A stretch of 64,000 nucleotides of DNA. Origin: Thermoanaerobaculia bacterium. GTDB taxonomy: Bacteria > Acidobacteriota > Thermoanaerobaculia > Multivoradales > UBA5704. The stretch is taken from the NCBI GenBank assembly GCA_044226625.1, contig JBGAGQ010000020.1, forward strand, positions 31,899 to 95,898. Direction: 5' to 3'. A program made the translations under genes and the position numbers. The notes under the pieces were generated by a model that was not told the origin of the DNA, made no database searches, and was given only the letters and a program-made list of their open reading frames with translations. This document shows positions 27,740-37,245 of the stretch, in pieces (within the stretch, counting starts at the first letter, position 1; each line of letters starts with the position of its first letter).

Positions 27740-28492
27740 TCACCACTCCAACTCGGAGGGTGACCGACGCGTGGCGTTTTCCTTAACCTCGACGATCCGC
27801 CCGCTGCGCATGCGGATCACGCGATCGGCCATCCCGGCGATCGCCGCGTTGTGGGTGATCACGGCCGTGGTGGTGCCCAGTTCGCGGTTCAAGGTCTCGA
27901 TCACTTCGAGCACCAACTTGCCGGTCTCGTAGTCGAGGGCGCCGGTCGGTTCGTCGCACAAGAGCACGTCGGGCCGCTTCGCCACGGCGCGCGCGATCGC
28001 GACCCGCTGCTGCTCGCCGCCCGACATCTGCGCCGGAAAGGAGTCGATCCGCTCCCCCAATCCGACCCGCCGCAACGCCTCGGTCCCGTCCATAGGATCG
28101 TCGGCGATCTCGGTGATCAGCTCCACGTTCTCCCGCGCGGTGAGGCTCGGGATCAGGTTGTAGAACTGGAAGACGAAGCCCACGTGCTCCCGACGGTAGC
28201 GGGTGAGCGCCTCGTCGTCGTCGGTCGCGAGGTCGTGGTCGAGGAAGCGGACGCTTCCCGCGCTCGGCGAGTCGAGGCCGCCCAGGATGTTCAGGAGCGT
28301 CGATTTGCCGCTGCCCGAGGGTCCGAGCAGGACCACCAGCTCGCCGCGATAGAGCTCGAGATCGACCTCCTGAAGGGCGGCCACCTCGACCTCGCCCATC
28401 CGGTACGTCTTCGACAGGCCGACCGCGCGAAAGACCGCCTCCCGCGGCAAGCCGGAGGGAGAACCCAGCGCGCTCGAAGAGATCGCGTCCAT
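27740..28492 (-). CDS. ABC transporter ATP-binding protein (LolD/MacB-like)
   Basis: [32 protein letters not shown]. Confidence 0.95.
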   Translation of the reverse strand: MDAISSSALGSPSGLPREAVFRAVGLSKTYRMGEVEVAALQEVDLELYRGELVVLLGPSGSGKSTLLNILGGLDSPSAGSVRFLDHDLATDDDEALTRYRREHVGFVFQFYNLIPSLTARENVELITEIADDPMDGTEALRRVGLGERIDSFPAQMSGGEQQRVAIARAVAKRPDVLLCDEPTGALDYETGKLVLEVIETLNRELGTTTAVITHNAAIAGMADRVIRMRSGRIVEVKENATRRSPSELEW

Positions 28493-28571
28493 TGCGAAAG
28501 TAGCGTACGCCGCCCCGGCGGCTCTCACCCCGCACGTGAGGGTGGGCGAGCGCGCCGGGAAATGCAGCTCG

Positions 28572-30545
28572 TCAAAAGGCGTCCACATCCCCCAGCAGGT
28601 ACGCCCGCGCCGGACCCGGACGTCCCGGGACGAAACGACGTACGGTCCGGATCGGCAGGCCTCCCGTGCGGGGAAAGATGCCGCAAACTACCTCGAAGTC
28701 GGAAAAGGCGCAGGGCTCGGCGCGGCCGTCGCCGTCGACGTCCCCGAGCGCGGGGGTCGAGGGGCCGAAGGCCTCGATCGCCGGCCGAAGATTCAGACGC
28801 AGCTCGGGCGCCCCCTCCCCCCGTCCGACATCGCAGATCACCAGGCCGTCTCGATACAGGCAGAGCTCGGCGCGCCCGTCGCCGTCGACGTCGCCCAGGA
28901 GGACATCGTCCGACGCCCGGCCAAACGAGCCTTGGGGCTCGAGCGTGCCGTCGCGATCGAGATCGCAGAGAAGACGGTCGCCGCGCCGAACGCAGGGATC
29001 CGCTCGCCGGTCGCCGTCGACGTCGGCGAAGAGAGGCCGATCGCCCGGTTCGCCGCGGACTCGGCTCTTCCCTTCGCCGCCCCCGCCGTTGTGTTCGAGG
29101 TCGCACGAGAAGAGCCCCTGCCGATAGACGCAGGGATCGGCACGCCCGTCGCCGTCCCAATCGCCGAGCAGGGGCGTCTCGCCCGAACGGCCGGAGCCGA
29201 AGACGATCCGTAACGGAGGGCTCGCTCCGGTACCGCCGACCCAATCGCAGACGAAGGCGCGGCCGACGACCGAGCAGGCATCGGCGTCGTGGAGCGCCCG
29301 AAACGTCTGCGCGACGACGGGGACGAGCCGAGAACCGGGTCTCGGGCTCGACCGCGGCGCCGTCCACGCGGCAACCAGCCGGCCGTCGTCGGCCAGGGCA
29401 ACCCCGGCATGGCGTACCTCGAAGATCTGCTGGGACTGGATCGAGCCGAGCTCGACGGTCGAGCCTTGCGGGGCGAGGTCCGTATCGAGCAGGGCGAGCC
29501 GGACGCGATCTCCCGCCCGCCAGACGACCGCGAGATTGCCGTGACGGTCGACGGCCAGGGCCTCGAGGGAATCGGCCCCTCCCGAGGCGTCGACTTGCCC
29601 ACCGCCGCGGACGACGAAGGGCACTCCCTCCGCCGTGAACCTCTGTAGCCGAACGGAGCTCTCCCGCACCGGAAGCCGGCGGTCGATCCAGCCGACGACG
29701 TATCGGCCGTTCGGCAACAGGGCCAAGGCGTCGGCAAGGCCTACCCGGTAGCGCGCAGCGAGTGGATTGCCGTCGCGGTCGAACCGGCGGGCGTACACCA
29801 CCCCGCGCCGTCCGTCCGAAACCGTTTGCTCGTTCCAGAGGAAGAGGACGTTGCCGCCGCGATCGACGCCGATCATCGGTCGGCTCGCGCTCCCCTGCGC
29901 GGTCGGTGCGGGGATTGATACGACGGGTACGACCGGCCTCCCCGCGCCGTCAAAGATCTGCATCGCGACCGTCGTGCGGTCGACGTCGCAGCCCTCCGAT
30001 TCCTCCCAGGCGATCGCGAAGCGACCCTCGGCGTTGGCAGCCAGGCGAGGATTCCATTGGCAGAAGCCCTCCCGGGGATCCCCCAACGGGCGGGCCTCTC
30101 CGAGCGGGTATCCCTGCTCGTCGAACCGCCGATAGCTCACGTCGGCGCGGCCGAACAGGACGGTATGCCAGGCGCCGATCATTCGGCCCCGGCCGTCGAA
30201 CGCGATCGAAGGCGACTCGGGGGCGACGTCGAAAGAGAGCGATCCGCGGGCCAGCCCCACCTCGCCGACCGGTCCGCCGAGGAGCCCCAGAAGGTCCGCG
30301 CCGCAGCCGTAGCGGATGTCGTTGAGCTCCGCGGATCGAAGCTCCGAGCTGGAGGCGACCGCGAAACCAAGAGGGCCGCGAACGGCCACCTGCGGGTCGA
30401 AGCAGAACGAATCGCCCGGAATGGACGGATCGACCGCGCACAGGGGGGCCGGCGGACGGAGGGGAACCAGCTGGCCGAACGAGGCGGATGCGAGGAAGAC
30501 GAGCGGGAAGGCGAGGAGGACGAGGACGATCCAGCGGGCACGCAT
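28572..30545 (-). CDS. Secreted beta-propeller protein with C-terminal Cys-containing FG-GAP/VCBS-like repeats
   Basis: Signal peptide [11 protein letters not shown], repeats [33 protein letters not shown] and [11 protein letters not shown]. Confidence 0.78.
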   Translation of the reverse strand: MRARWIVLVLLAFPLVFLASASFGQLVPLRPPAPLCAVDPSIPGDSFCFDPQVAVRGPLGFAVASSSELRSAELNDIRYGCGADLLGLLGGPVGEVGLARGSLSFDVAPESPSIAFDGRGRMIGAWHTVLFGRADVSYRRFDEQGYPLGEARPLGDPREGFCQWNPRLAANAEGRFAIAWEESEGCDVDRTTVAMQIFDGAGRPVVPVVSIPAPTAQGSASRPMIGVDRGGNVLFLWNEQTVSDGRRGVVYARRFDRDGNPLAARYRVGLADALALLPNGRYVVGWIDRRLPVRESSVRLQRFTAEGVPFVVRGGGQVDASGGADSLEALAVDRHGNLAVVWRAGDRVRLALLDTDLAPQGSTVELGSIQSQQIFEVRHAGVALADDGRLVAAWTAPRSSPRPGSRLVPVVAQTFRALHDADACSVVGRAFVCDWVGGTGASPPLRIVFGSGRSGETPLLGDWDGDGRADPCVYRQGLFSCDLEHNGGGGEGKSRVRGEPGDRPLFADVDGDRRADPCVRRGDRLLCDLDRDGTLEPQGSFGRASDDVLLGDVDGDGRAELCLYRDGLVICDVGRGEGAPELRLNLRPAIEAFGPSTPALGDVDGDGRAEPCAFSDFEVVCGIFPRTGGLPIRTVRRFVPGRPGPARAYLLGDVDAF

Positions 30546-30764
30546 GGCGGATCCCTCCACGGAGGCGGCGCCTCCGTTCGAGCGGAGCGCCGCGATCCGA
30601 TGATAGCCATTACGCACCTTTTGAGAAGACGTTCGAACGGGTGGCCTGGACCCGCCCGGGGGAAGGGGCCAGCCGCTTCGGCTCGGTACCGGGGCCCAGG
30701 TCCGGTTCAGTTTGAGCGGATCGGGTGGGCCGCTCAGAATCCAGACGATTCGAGCGGCGTCGGC

Positions 30765-31190
30765 TTACTCCTCTACGATCTCCCGCCCCCCGTCGGCGGT
30801 CCGTCGCAACGCGAACCGAACGGCGCCCGGCACCGCGAACGGCAGCCGCTCGGCCCATTCGACGACCTTGAGGCCGGGGCCGGCGAGGAGCTCTTCGAGA
30901 CCGATCCCCTCGGCTTCCTCGGGCTTCAGGCGGTAGAGGTCGGCATGGACGAGGCGGCCTCGGGGACCCTGGTGCTCTCGGATCAGGGTAAAGGTGGGGG
31001 ATTGGATCTCATCGGGGTCGAGGCCCAGGTGGAGGGCGAATCCCCGGGTGAGCACGGTCTTGCCGGCACCGAGGTCGCCGTCGAGCAGCAGGACCCCGTC
31101 GGGGGGAAGCGAAGCCGCGAGGTGGCGGCCGATCTCGACCGTTTCCTCCTCGCCCGCCGAAACGAAACGCCGCGCGGCCGCCCCGCTCAC
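30765..31190 (-). CDS. tsaE: tRNA t6A biosynthesis ATPase TsaE
   Basis: GDLGAGKT, SPTFTL, HADLYRL, VEWAE. Confidence 0.95.
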   Translation of the reverse strand: MSGAAARRFVSAGEEETVEIGRHLAASLPPDGVLLLDGDLGAGKTVLTRGFALHLGLDPDEIQSPTFTLIREHQGPRGRLVHADLYRLKPEEAEGIGLEELLAGPGLKVVEWAERLPFAVPGAVRFALRRTADGGREIVEE

Positions 31191-32761
31191 TCCGCCGACT
31201 CCTCGGCCAGGCGGCGCGCCGCCTCGGGGAGATGGTCGATCAGGTCGGAGGCGATCAGCCGCTCGAGCCCCGGATCGACGCTCTCGCCGGCTCCGGCGGC
31301 GAGGTCCCCCGCGAGGCCGTGGAGGTAGACGCCGAGGCGCGCCGCGTCGAGTGGATCGAGCCCCTGGGCGAGCAAAGCGACGAGCAGGCCGGAGAGGACG
31401 TCGCCCGCTCCGCCGGTCGCCATGCCCGGATTGCCGGTCGGATTGATCCAGACCCCGGCTTCACTCGCGACCAGGGTTCGGTGTCCCTTGAGCACCACCA
31501 CCGCCCCGGTTTCCTTGGCGGCGCGACGGACCGCCGCGAGGCGATCCGCCTGGATCTCCGCCGCGGAGACCTCGAGCAGGCGCCCCAGCTCCCCGGGGTG
31601 CGGCGTGAGGATTGCCGGGGCACGCCTCGAGGCCAACGTCGCCGCGGTGCCCGCGAAGGCATTGAGTCCGTCGGCGTCGAGGACGAACGGAACCTCCACC
31701 TCGAGCGCGAGACGGCGGATCTCCGCTCGCGCGCTGTCGCTCGTTCCCAGCCCGGGACCGAGCGCGAGCGCGTTCCTGTCGCGTGCCTCCGCGAGCGCCC
31801 TCTCGGCCGCTCCGAAGGCGAGCCCCCCTCCCTCGTTCGACGGCAGACCGAGCGTCATCGATTCGAGGGAAGCGGAGTCCACGTGGAGTAGGAGCGGCTC
31901 GGGGACCGCGACCGTCACCAGGCCCGCGCCCCCACGCACGGCGGCCTGCGCGGCGAGGATCGCCGCCCCGGACTTACCCGGCGATCCGGCGACGACGAGG
32001 GCGTGGCCGGCGCTCCCCTTGTGCGCCTCCGGCACGCGCCGCGGCAGCAGCGGAGCGAGATCCTCCGGAGTCATCAGGAAGAGATCCCCGTCGGCCTCGT
32101 CGATCAACCACGGGGGAAAGCCGAGCTCGGCGACCGCGAGCGCGCCGCAGGCCTCCGCGGCCGGCGAGAGGACGTGCGCGACCTTCGGCGCCGCGAAGGT
32201 CACCGTGAGGTCCGCTTGGACATGGGGACCGATCCGGTCGCCGCGGCTTCCCGCGAGACCGCTCGGGATGTCGACCGCGACCACCGGCGGGCCGAGCCGG
32301 GAGATCGCCTCGACCAGCTCCGCGGCGGAGCCTTCGAGCGGGCGATCGAGCCCGGTCCCGAACAGAGCGTCGATCACGAGATCGCAGGTGCGGGCGCGCT
32401 CGAGCGCGGCGGAAGCCGAGCTTCCCTCGATCTCCTCAATCTCCTCGATCGGGAGACCGAGCGCGCGGGCGATCGCGAGCTGGGTCGCGGCGTCGCCCGA
32501 GAGGCGCCGTCCCCCAAGCGCGAGGAACACCGCCACTTCGACCCCGCGCGCGTCGAGCCGGCGCGCGATCGCGAGGCCGTCGCCGCCGTTGTTTCCCGGT
32601 CCGCAGAAGATCGCCGCCGAGGAGGCCTCCGGGAAACGCTCGAAGATCGCCTCGACGACGCCCAGGGCCGCGTTCTCCATCAACACCATCCCGGGGAGGG
32701 CGATCTCCTCGATCGCCCGGCGGTCGATGGCACGCATCGCCTCGGCGGTGACGACTTTCAT
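31187..32761 (-). CDS. nnr: Bifunctional NAD(P)H-hydrate epimerase/dehydratase
   Basis: LMENAA, GPGNNGGDG, DALFGTG, HKGSAG, GPGLG, LTPHPGE, GMATGGAGDVL. True start MKVVT at 32761. Confidence 0.95.
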   Translation of the reverse strand: MKVVTAEAMRAIDRRAIEEIALPGMVLMENAALGVVEAIFERFPEASSAAIFCGPGNNGGDGLAIARRLDARGVEVAVFLALGGRRLSGDAATQLAIARALGLPIEEIEEIEGSSASAALERARTCDLVIDALFGTGLDRPLEGSAAELVEAISRLGPPVVAVDIPSGLAGSRGDRIGPHVQADLTVTFAAPKVAHVLSPAAEACGALAVAELGFPPWLIDEADGDLFLMTPEDLAPLLPRRVPEAHKGSAGHALVVAGSPGKSGAAILAAQAAVRGGAGLVTVAVPEPLLLHVDSASLESMTLGLPSNEGGGLAFGAAERALAEARDRNALALGPGLGTSDSARAEIRRLALEVEVPFVLDADGLNAFAGTAATLASRRAPAILTPHPGELGRLLEVSAAEIQADRLAAVRRAAKETGAVVVLKGHRTLVASEAGVWINPTGNPGMATGGAGDVLSGLLVALLAQGLDPLDAARLGVYLHGLAGDLAAGAGESVDPGLERLIASDLIDHLPEAARRLAEESAE

Positions 32762-33483
32762 CGGACGACCTCGGCCGGGACGGTGAACCGGCCCCAGCGT
32801 TCGAGCAGCGCCCGCGTCCTCGGGCAGCCGCCATCTTCGGCGCGAAGCTCCTCGGCCAGGCGGGCGAGGTCGGCCGGGGTGTCGCAGTCGCACCCCACGG
32901 CGAGCCGTTCGACGCGCAGACCGAGCTCGTCCGCGCGGGCCAGCGTCTCGGCGAGCACCGTCTCGGTGCTCCAGGCGATGCCTTCGAAGAGCCGCGGAGA
33001 CAGCGCGCTTCGCCGCGCCGCGAGCAGGTAATAACCGCCGTCGTCCGCGGGGCCGAGCACCAGGTCGGCGCCCGCCTCGAGGCGCGCGAACGCTTCCTCG
33101 ACGCGCGCCACCGGGATGGTCGGGTGGTCGGAGCCGAGCGCCGCGACCCATCGAGCCTCCGCGTCTCCCTCCCTCCCGTTCGGCGACGAAAGCGCCGCGA
33201 ACAGCCGAGCCCCCAGATCGTCCCCCTGCTGCCGCATGCCCGGGAAACCGTAGGGATCCGGGATCGGAGACTCGGCCGGCAGGTCGTCGAGCGCCCAGGC
33301 GATGGTGGTCGAGAATGCGCCGCCGCGTAGCCGGTCGAGGACGTCTTCGACGAATGCGGTATGGATCTCCGCCGCCTGCTCGGGCGTCAGCCCGGCGGGA
33401 GGCGCGCCGATCAGGCGCGTCTTGACCCGCCCGGGGCGCGGGGGCTTGGTGAACAGGAGCAGTCGGCGTTCGGATAGGCTCAC
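32758..33483 (-). CDS. DUF2064/TIGR04282 family CofC-like transferase
   Basis: FTKPPRPGRVKTRL, QQGDDLGARL, GSDHP, LGPADDGGYYL, DCDTPADL. Confidence 0.88.
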   Translation of the reverse strand: MSLSERRLLLFTKPPRPGRVKTRLIGAPPAGLTPEQAAEIHTAFVEDVLDRLRGGAFSTTIAWALDDLPAESPIPDPYGFPGMRQQGDDLGARLFAALSSPNGREGDAEARWVAALGSDHPTIPVARVEEAFARLEAGADLVLGPADDGGYYLLAARRSALSPRLFEGIAWSTETVLAETLARADELGLRVERLAVGCDCDTPADLARLAEELRAEDGGCPRTRALLERWGRFTVPAEVVR

Positions 33484-33548
33484 GGCGGAGCCATTGTATC
33501 CACGCGAAACGCCGCGCGATTCGAAACCGGCTCTCCGGAGGGACGCCC

Positions 33549-34358
33549 ATGCCCCCGATCCTCACGCTGCTCACCGATTTCGGGCGCGAGGATTGGTACG
33601 TGGCGGCGGTCCATGGGGTGCTCCTCGGCCGCGCTCCGGGCACGACGATCGTCGACGTCGCGCACGACCTCGTCCCCGGCGACGTGGAAACCGCGTCGTT
33701 CCTCCTCGCGGCCGCGGCACCGAGCTTTCCGCACGGCACGGTTCACCTCGCCGTGGTCGATCCCGGCGTAGGAAGCGACCGCCGCATGCTCGCGGTCGAG
33801 GCGCGGGTCGGGTCGGGCACGCATCGGTTCGTCGCGCCCGACAACGGCCTGCTCGAGCCGTTCCTCGACGGAGCCCGGGTCGTTTCGATCGAGCGCCCCG
33901 ATCTCTATCTCGAAAATCCCGGCAACACCTTCCACGGCCGCGACCGGTTCGCTCCCGCCGCGGCGTTCCTGCTCGCGGGGGGCGCGCCGGAATCGCTCGG
34001 CCCCCCCGTCGCCGACCCGGTGCGGCTCGGCATCCCAGAGCCTCGGCGGGCGGCGACCCGGCTTTCGGGCCGAGTCGCCCACGTCGACCGCTACGGCAAC
34101 CTGGTGACCGATCTCCCGGGCGACTGGCTCGAAGCCAATGCGAAGCTCCGGGCGATCCTCCGGAGTTCCGAGGGCGCAGAAGCGGCCACGTCGGCGGTTC
34201 GACGCGTCCGCTCGTACGCGGAACTGGCGGACGGCGAGGCGGGTCTACTCGAGGGCTCCCTCGGCACGATCGAGCTGTCGCTCCGCGGCGCGAGCCTCGC
34301 CGCGCGCTGGGGGATCAAGCGCGGCAGCAGAATCGAGATCGAGTTGGAGCTAAAATAG
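33549..34358 (+). CDS. SAM hydroxide adenosyltransferase / SAM hydrolase (DUF62)
   Basis: LLTDFG, VVDPGVGSDRR, APDNGLL, TFHGRD, VDRYGN. Confidence 0.9.
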   Translation: MPPILTLLTDFGREDWYVAAVHGVLLGRAPGTTIVDVAHDLVPGDVETASFLLAAAAPSFPHGTVHLAVVDPGVGSDRRMLAVEARVGSGTHRFVAPDNGLLEPFLDGARVVSIERPDLYLENPGNTFHGRDRFAPAAAFLLAGGAPESLGPPVADPVRLGIPEPRRAATRLSGRVAHVDRYGNLVTDLPGDWLEANAKLRAILRSSEGAEAATSAVRRVRSYAELADGEAGLLEGSLGTIELSLRGASLAARWGIKRGSRIEIELELK

Positions 34359-34420
34359 CCGCCGGTTCGGCCTCCGAGCGGCCGTTCGCGCGAGGGAGGA
34401 CCGGGGAAAGAGGGTGTGCG

Positions 34421-34609
34421 ATGACTCAGTGGGAATACAAGATCATCAACATTCGCAGCGAGAACTACCGGCTCGATCCGAACGCCACGGTCCAGATGAA
34501 CCTGCTGGGCGAGGAAGGGTGGGAGCTGGTCTCGATCGCCTCGGTCAACTTCAAGTCGGGGGCGACCGACAACATCGCGATGGTCTTCAAACGACCGCTC
34601 GCCGCCTGA
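34421..34609 (+). CDS. DUF4177 family small protein
   Basis: MTQWEYK...NLLGEEGWELVS...FKRP. Confidence 0.85.
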   Translation: MTQWEYKIINIRSENYRLDPNATVQMNLLGEEGWELVSIASVNFKSGATDNIAMVFKRPLAA

Positions 34610-34695
34610 ACACTCGTCGGCGGCACGCCCCTCCTGATCGGGTCCGAGCTCGCGCCCGCGGAGCGGGAGCGCGCGAGCCCGCGAAACCGAAGGCG

Positions 34696-34923
34696 CTAAC
34701 CTCGGGCGTGCCGCTCTTTTTTCTTGTTCTTGCGCCACCGGAAGGCGAGCGCGAAACCGACGGCCCCCGCGGCGACCGCGAGCAGGATGGGTTGTTTCTT
34801 CGGCACGATGCCGAGATCGCGCGACACCGCGTCGCGCACGGCGTCGGCGCGGCGCTCCGCCTCGCTGCGCGCTTCGGCGAGCAGCATTTCCGCCCGGCGG
34901 CGGCTCTCTTCGAGCGAGCTCAA
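34696..34923 (-). CDS. Small tail-anchored membrane protein (DUF3618/ElaB-like)
   Basis: Helical N-terminus, C-terminal TM and basic tail, overlaps the stop of the holin-like gene. Confidence 0.6.
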   Translation of the reverse strand: MSSLEESRRRAEMLLAEARSEAERRADAVRDAVSRDLGIVPKKQPILLAVAAGAVGFALAFRWRKNKKKERHARG

Positions 34924-35405
34924 GGGAGTTCCTCCTCGAAATCATCGGGAAAGACGTCATTGGCTTCCGGCGCCCGGCGTCGCGCTCCCCGAGCGCCCTC
35001 GTCGGGCGTGTCCGCAGCTTCGGCGGCGCGGGCGAGCAGGCGGCTCTGAACCCAATCCATGTGATCCTCGAGCCGGCGGCGGATCACAGAAATCGGGTTC
35101 TCGACCTCGGCGAACGAGCGCTTACCGATCGCCGCGAGCCCTGCGGCGATCCCCGCGAACAGCGCGGCCACGATCAGCGCCGAGGCCCACAGCGGAAGCC
35201 AGATCGCGATCGCCGCGATTCCCGCGACGACCAGCGCACCGATCGCCCAGAAGCCAAGCGCGACCGCGACTCCGATCAGTCCCGCGCCGCGACTGAACGC
35301 GCGCCCGGAGCGCGAGAAATCGTCCTCGAGCGCTTGCAGCTCGGCGCGCAGCACGTCGAGCCAGGACTGCCCGAGCTCGCGGACCAGCCTGCCCCATCCC
35401 GCCAT
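34920..35405 (-). CDS. Phage-holin-family (YqjE-like) membrane protein
   Basis: DVLRAELQAL, two TM helices, PLWASALIVA motif. Confidence 0.75.
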   Translation of the reverse strand: MAGWGRLVRELGQSWLDVLRAELQALEDDFSRSGRAFSRGAGLIGVAVALGFWAIGALVVAGIAAIAIWLPLWASALIVAALFAGIAAGLAAIGKRSFAEVENPISVIRRRLEDHMDWVQSRLLARAAEAADTPDEGARGARRRAPEANDVFPDDFEEELP

Positions 35406-35408
35406 CGC

Positions 35409-37118
35409 TTAACCGCCCACCTGGATGCTGCGAGCAACGAACGAAGAGGCGTTGGCGACGTCGTCACGCAACCCGACCGCCACCTTCTGCTCGCCCGCCC
35501 GCATCAGCAGGCTCAGGGTGTAGGTGTAGTACTTGCCGCCGATCGACGAAACCTGATCGTTCGGAACGCGAATCGGCACCGCCGCCTGCTGGACCTCGGA
35601 GACGCCACCTTGGGTGTCCTGCGCCGCGACGAAGACGCGGGTCGCCGCCTCGCTTTCGGTCTCCCGCGGAATGAGGACGAGCTTGCCCAAGGGGATCCTC
35701 ACGTCGACCGGCACGACGAAGAACCCGTCGGAGCGCCGGGTGGGATTGCCGAAGACGATGTCGACGCCGAGCGGGTTGCTCTGGAACGGAAAGCTGAGCG
35801 CGGCGAGCGTGCCGTCGCTCATCTCGGTCTCCGCGGATTTGTCGCGATACCCCTCGCGGTTGCGCGCGACCAGCCCCTTCTTCTTGAGCTTGACCTTGAT
35901 CTCGTGGTACCGGCCGTCTCCCGCGTGCTGGGGCGAATAGCCGAGCGAATAGTAGGTCCGGAAATCCTCGGCAATCTTCTCGAGCCCGGGCAGGAAGGTG
36001 TTGGAGTTGATCAGCGCTTTGCCGCCGGTTTCGTCGGCCATCAAACGGATCGAGCTCTGGAGGTTCTGGATCTGGATCTGGTCGATGAACACCCCCTGAC
36101 CGGGGGTCTGGTTCTCGGCCGAGATCGACGAATAGCTGCGCAGGCCGGCGGCGTCGATCGTGTAGAACGTGACGCGGTTGGCGTTGGCCGACGCGGTGAG
36201 CTCGCGGAAGCGGCGCGAGGTGTCGTAATCGAACGAGCTGGTGATGCCGGTCGAGTCCTTGAACTTTTCCTGCACCGCCTGGTAGACGTCCTGTCCGACG
36301 ATCAGCTGCAGACCGTCGCTCACGTAGACGACGGCTTTCCGACCCGGCATGCCGGCCAGGCCGTTCACGATGTCGCGCAAGGCGTCGATCGAGAAGGCGA
36401 GGTCGTTGTACTGGGACTCGGCGTACTGGCGAGCGTAGCCCAGCGCCTCGCTCGGATCGTTCGTCTCCTCGATGCGCTGGAGGGCGTCGCGCCGCTCGGA
36501 GTCGGCATGGGTCCCTTGCGCCGAGACCTTTTCCAGCTCGACGAGCTGCGAGTTGACCAGGCTCGGATCGCTGGTGAGCGGCTGGCGCACGTGGACCGAC
36601 CGATCGTAGGAGACGAGCATGACCAGGTCGTCCCGCCGGAGCTTGGTGTTCAGGAACACCCGCAGGTCCTTGAGCACCCGGTTCCGGTTGAACGGCCGCA
36701 GGTTCAGGTTGTCGATGTAAATCAGCAGGACCAGACGCTGATCTTCCGCGTTCGGCACGGCGGGAGGCGGCTCGGGAGCCGGGGCCGGGGTCTCGGCGTT
36801 CGGCACGACGAGCAGAGGCGAGCCCGTCGGCGCGGGTTTGCCTTCGTCCATGGCGAGGAAATTGGTGATCGCCATCGGTCGCCCGTCTTCGAAGATCTGG
36901 AAGTCGTCGCGGGTGAGCCCCTTGACCCGGTTGCCCTTCGAGTCGGTCACGTAGACGTCGACGTTCACCACGTTGACGTTCACGGTCTCACCGATGAATC
37001 CGGCGGTCACGTCGGCCGCGCGCGATCCTTCGGGGGTCTTCTTCGCCGTCTTCTGGGCGAACGCGGGACCGTGGGCGACGGCCGCGAGGAGGGCGGCCAA
37101 CAGCAGGAACTTTTTCAT
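35409..37118 (-). CDS. Secreted VWA-domain protein (acidobacterial VWFA-related type)
   Basis: Signal peptide, VNVDVYVTDSKGNRVKGLTRDDF.I.EDG, PGRKAVVYVSDG, ADETGG, YYSLGYSP. Confidence 0.88.
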   Translation of the reverse strand: MKKFLLLAALLAAVAHGPAFAQKTAKKTPEGSRAADVTAGFIGETVNVNVVNVDVYVTDSKGNRVKGLTRDDFQIFEDGRPMAITNFLAMDEGKPAPTGSPLLVVPNAETPAPAPEPPPAVPNAEDQRLVLLIYIDNLNLRPFNRNRVLKDLRVFLNTKLRRDDLVMLVSYDRSVHVRQPLTSDPSLVNSQLVELEKVSAQGTHADSERRDALQRIEETNDPSEALGYARQYAESQYNDLAFSIDALRDIVNGLAGMPGRKAVVYVSDGLQLIVGQDVYQAVQEKFKDSTGITSSFDYDTSRRFRELTASANANRVTFYTIDAAGLRSYSSISAENQTPGQGVFIDQIQIQNLQSSIRLMADETGGKALINSNTFLPGLEKIAEDFRTYYSLGYSPQHAGDGRYHEIKVKLKKKGLVARNREGYRDKSAETEMSDGTLAALSFPFQSNPLGVDIVFGNPTRRSDGFFVVPVDVRIPLGKLVLIPRETESEAATRVFVAAQDTQGGVSEVQQAAVPIRVPNDQVSSIGGKYYTYTLSLLMRAGEQKVAVGLRDDVANASSFVARSIQVGG

Positions 37119-37245
37119 CGGCTCTCTCTTCTCAATACTCCAAATCCACGGCCGCATTATATGGGCTCGCCACGAGGTCGCCTCACGAGCGCCGATTCGC
37201 ATCGCCGCCACGCCCGGTATCCGGGCGCGGCGACGGGAACCGGCC

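Noticed and set aside
30713-30736. Hairpin TGAGCGG/CCGCTCA after tsaE as an intrinsic terminator
   Set aside because: No U tract on the transcribed (minus) strand, so not called.
32762-33739. 850-aa Nnr with long N-terminal extension
   Set aside because: The extension overlaps the DUF2064 and DUF62 genes in other frames. The family start MKVVT is at 32761.
33549-34358. SAM-dependent fluorinase/chlorinase, forming a halogenation pathway with 19262..20575
   Set aside because: It retains the Asp-Arg-His hydrolase triad motifs (VDPGVGSDRR, TFHGRD), and the two genes are 13 kb apart.
34920-35405. Holin as evidence of a prophage
   Set aside because: No endolysin, integrase or structural genes. 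This family is commonly chromosomal with a small tail-anchored partner.
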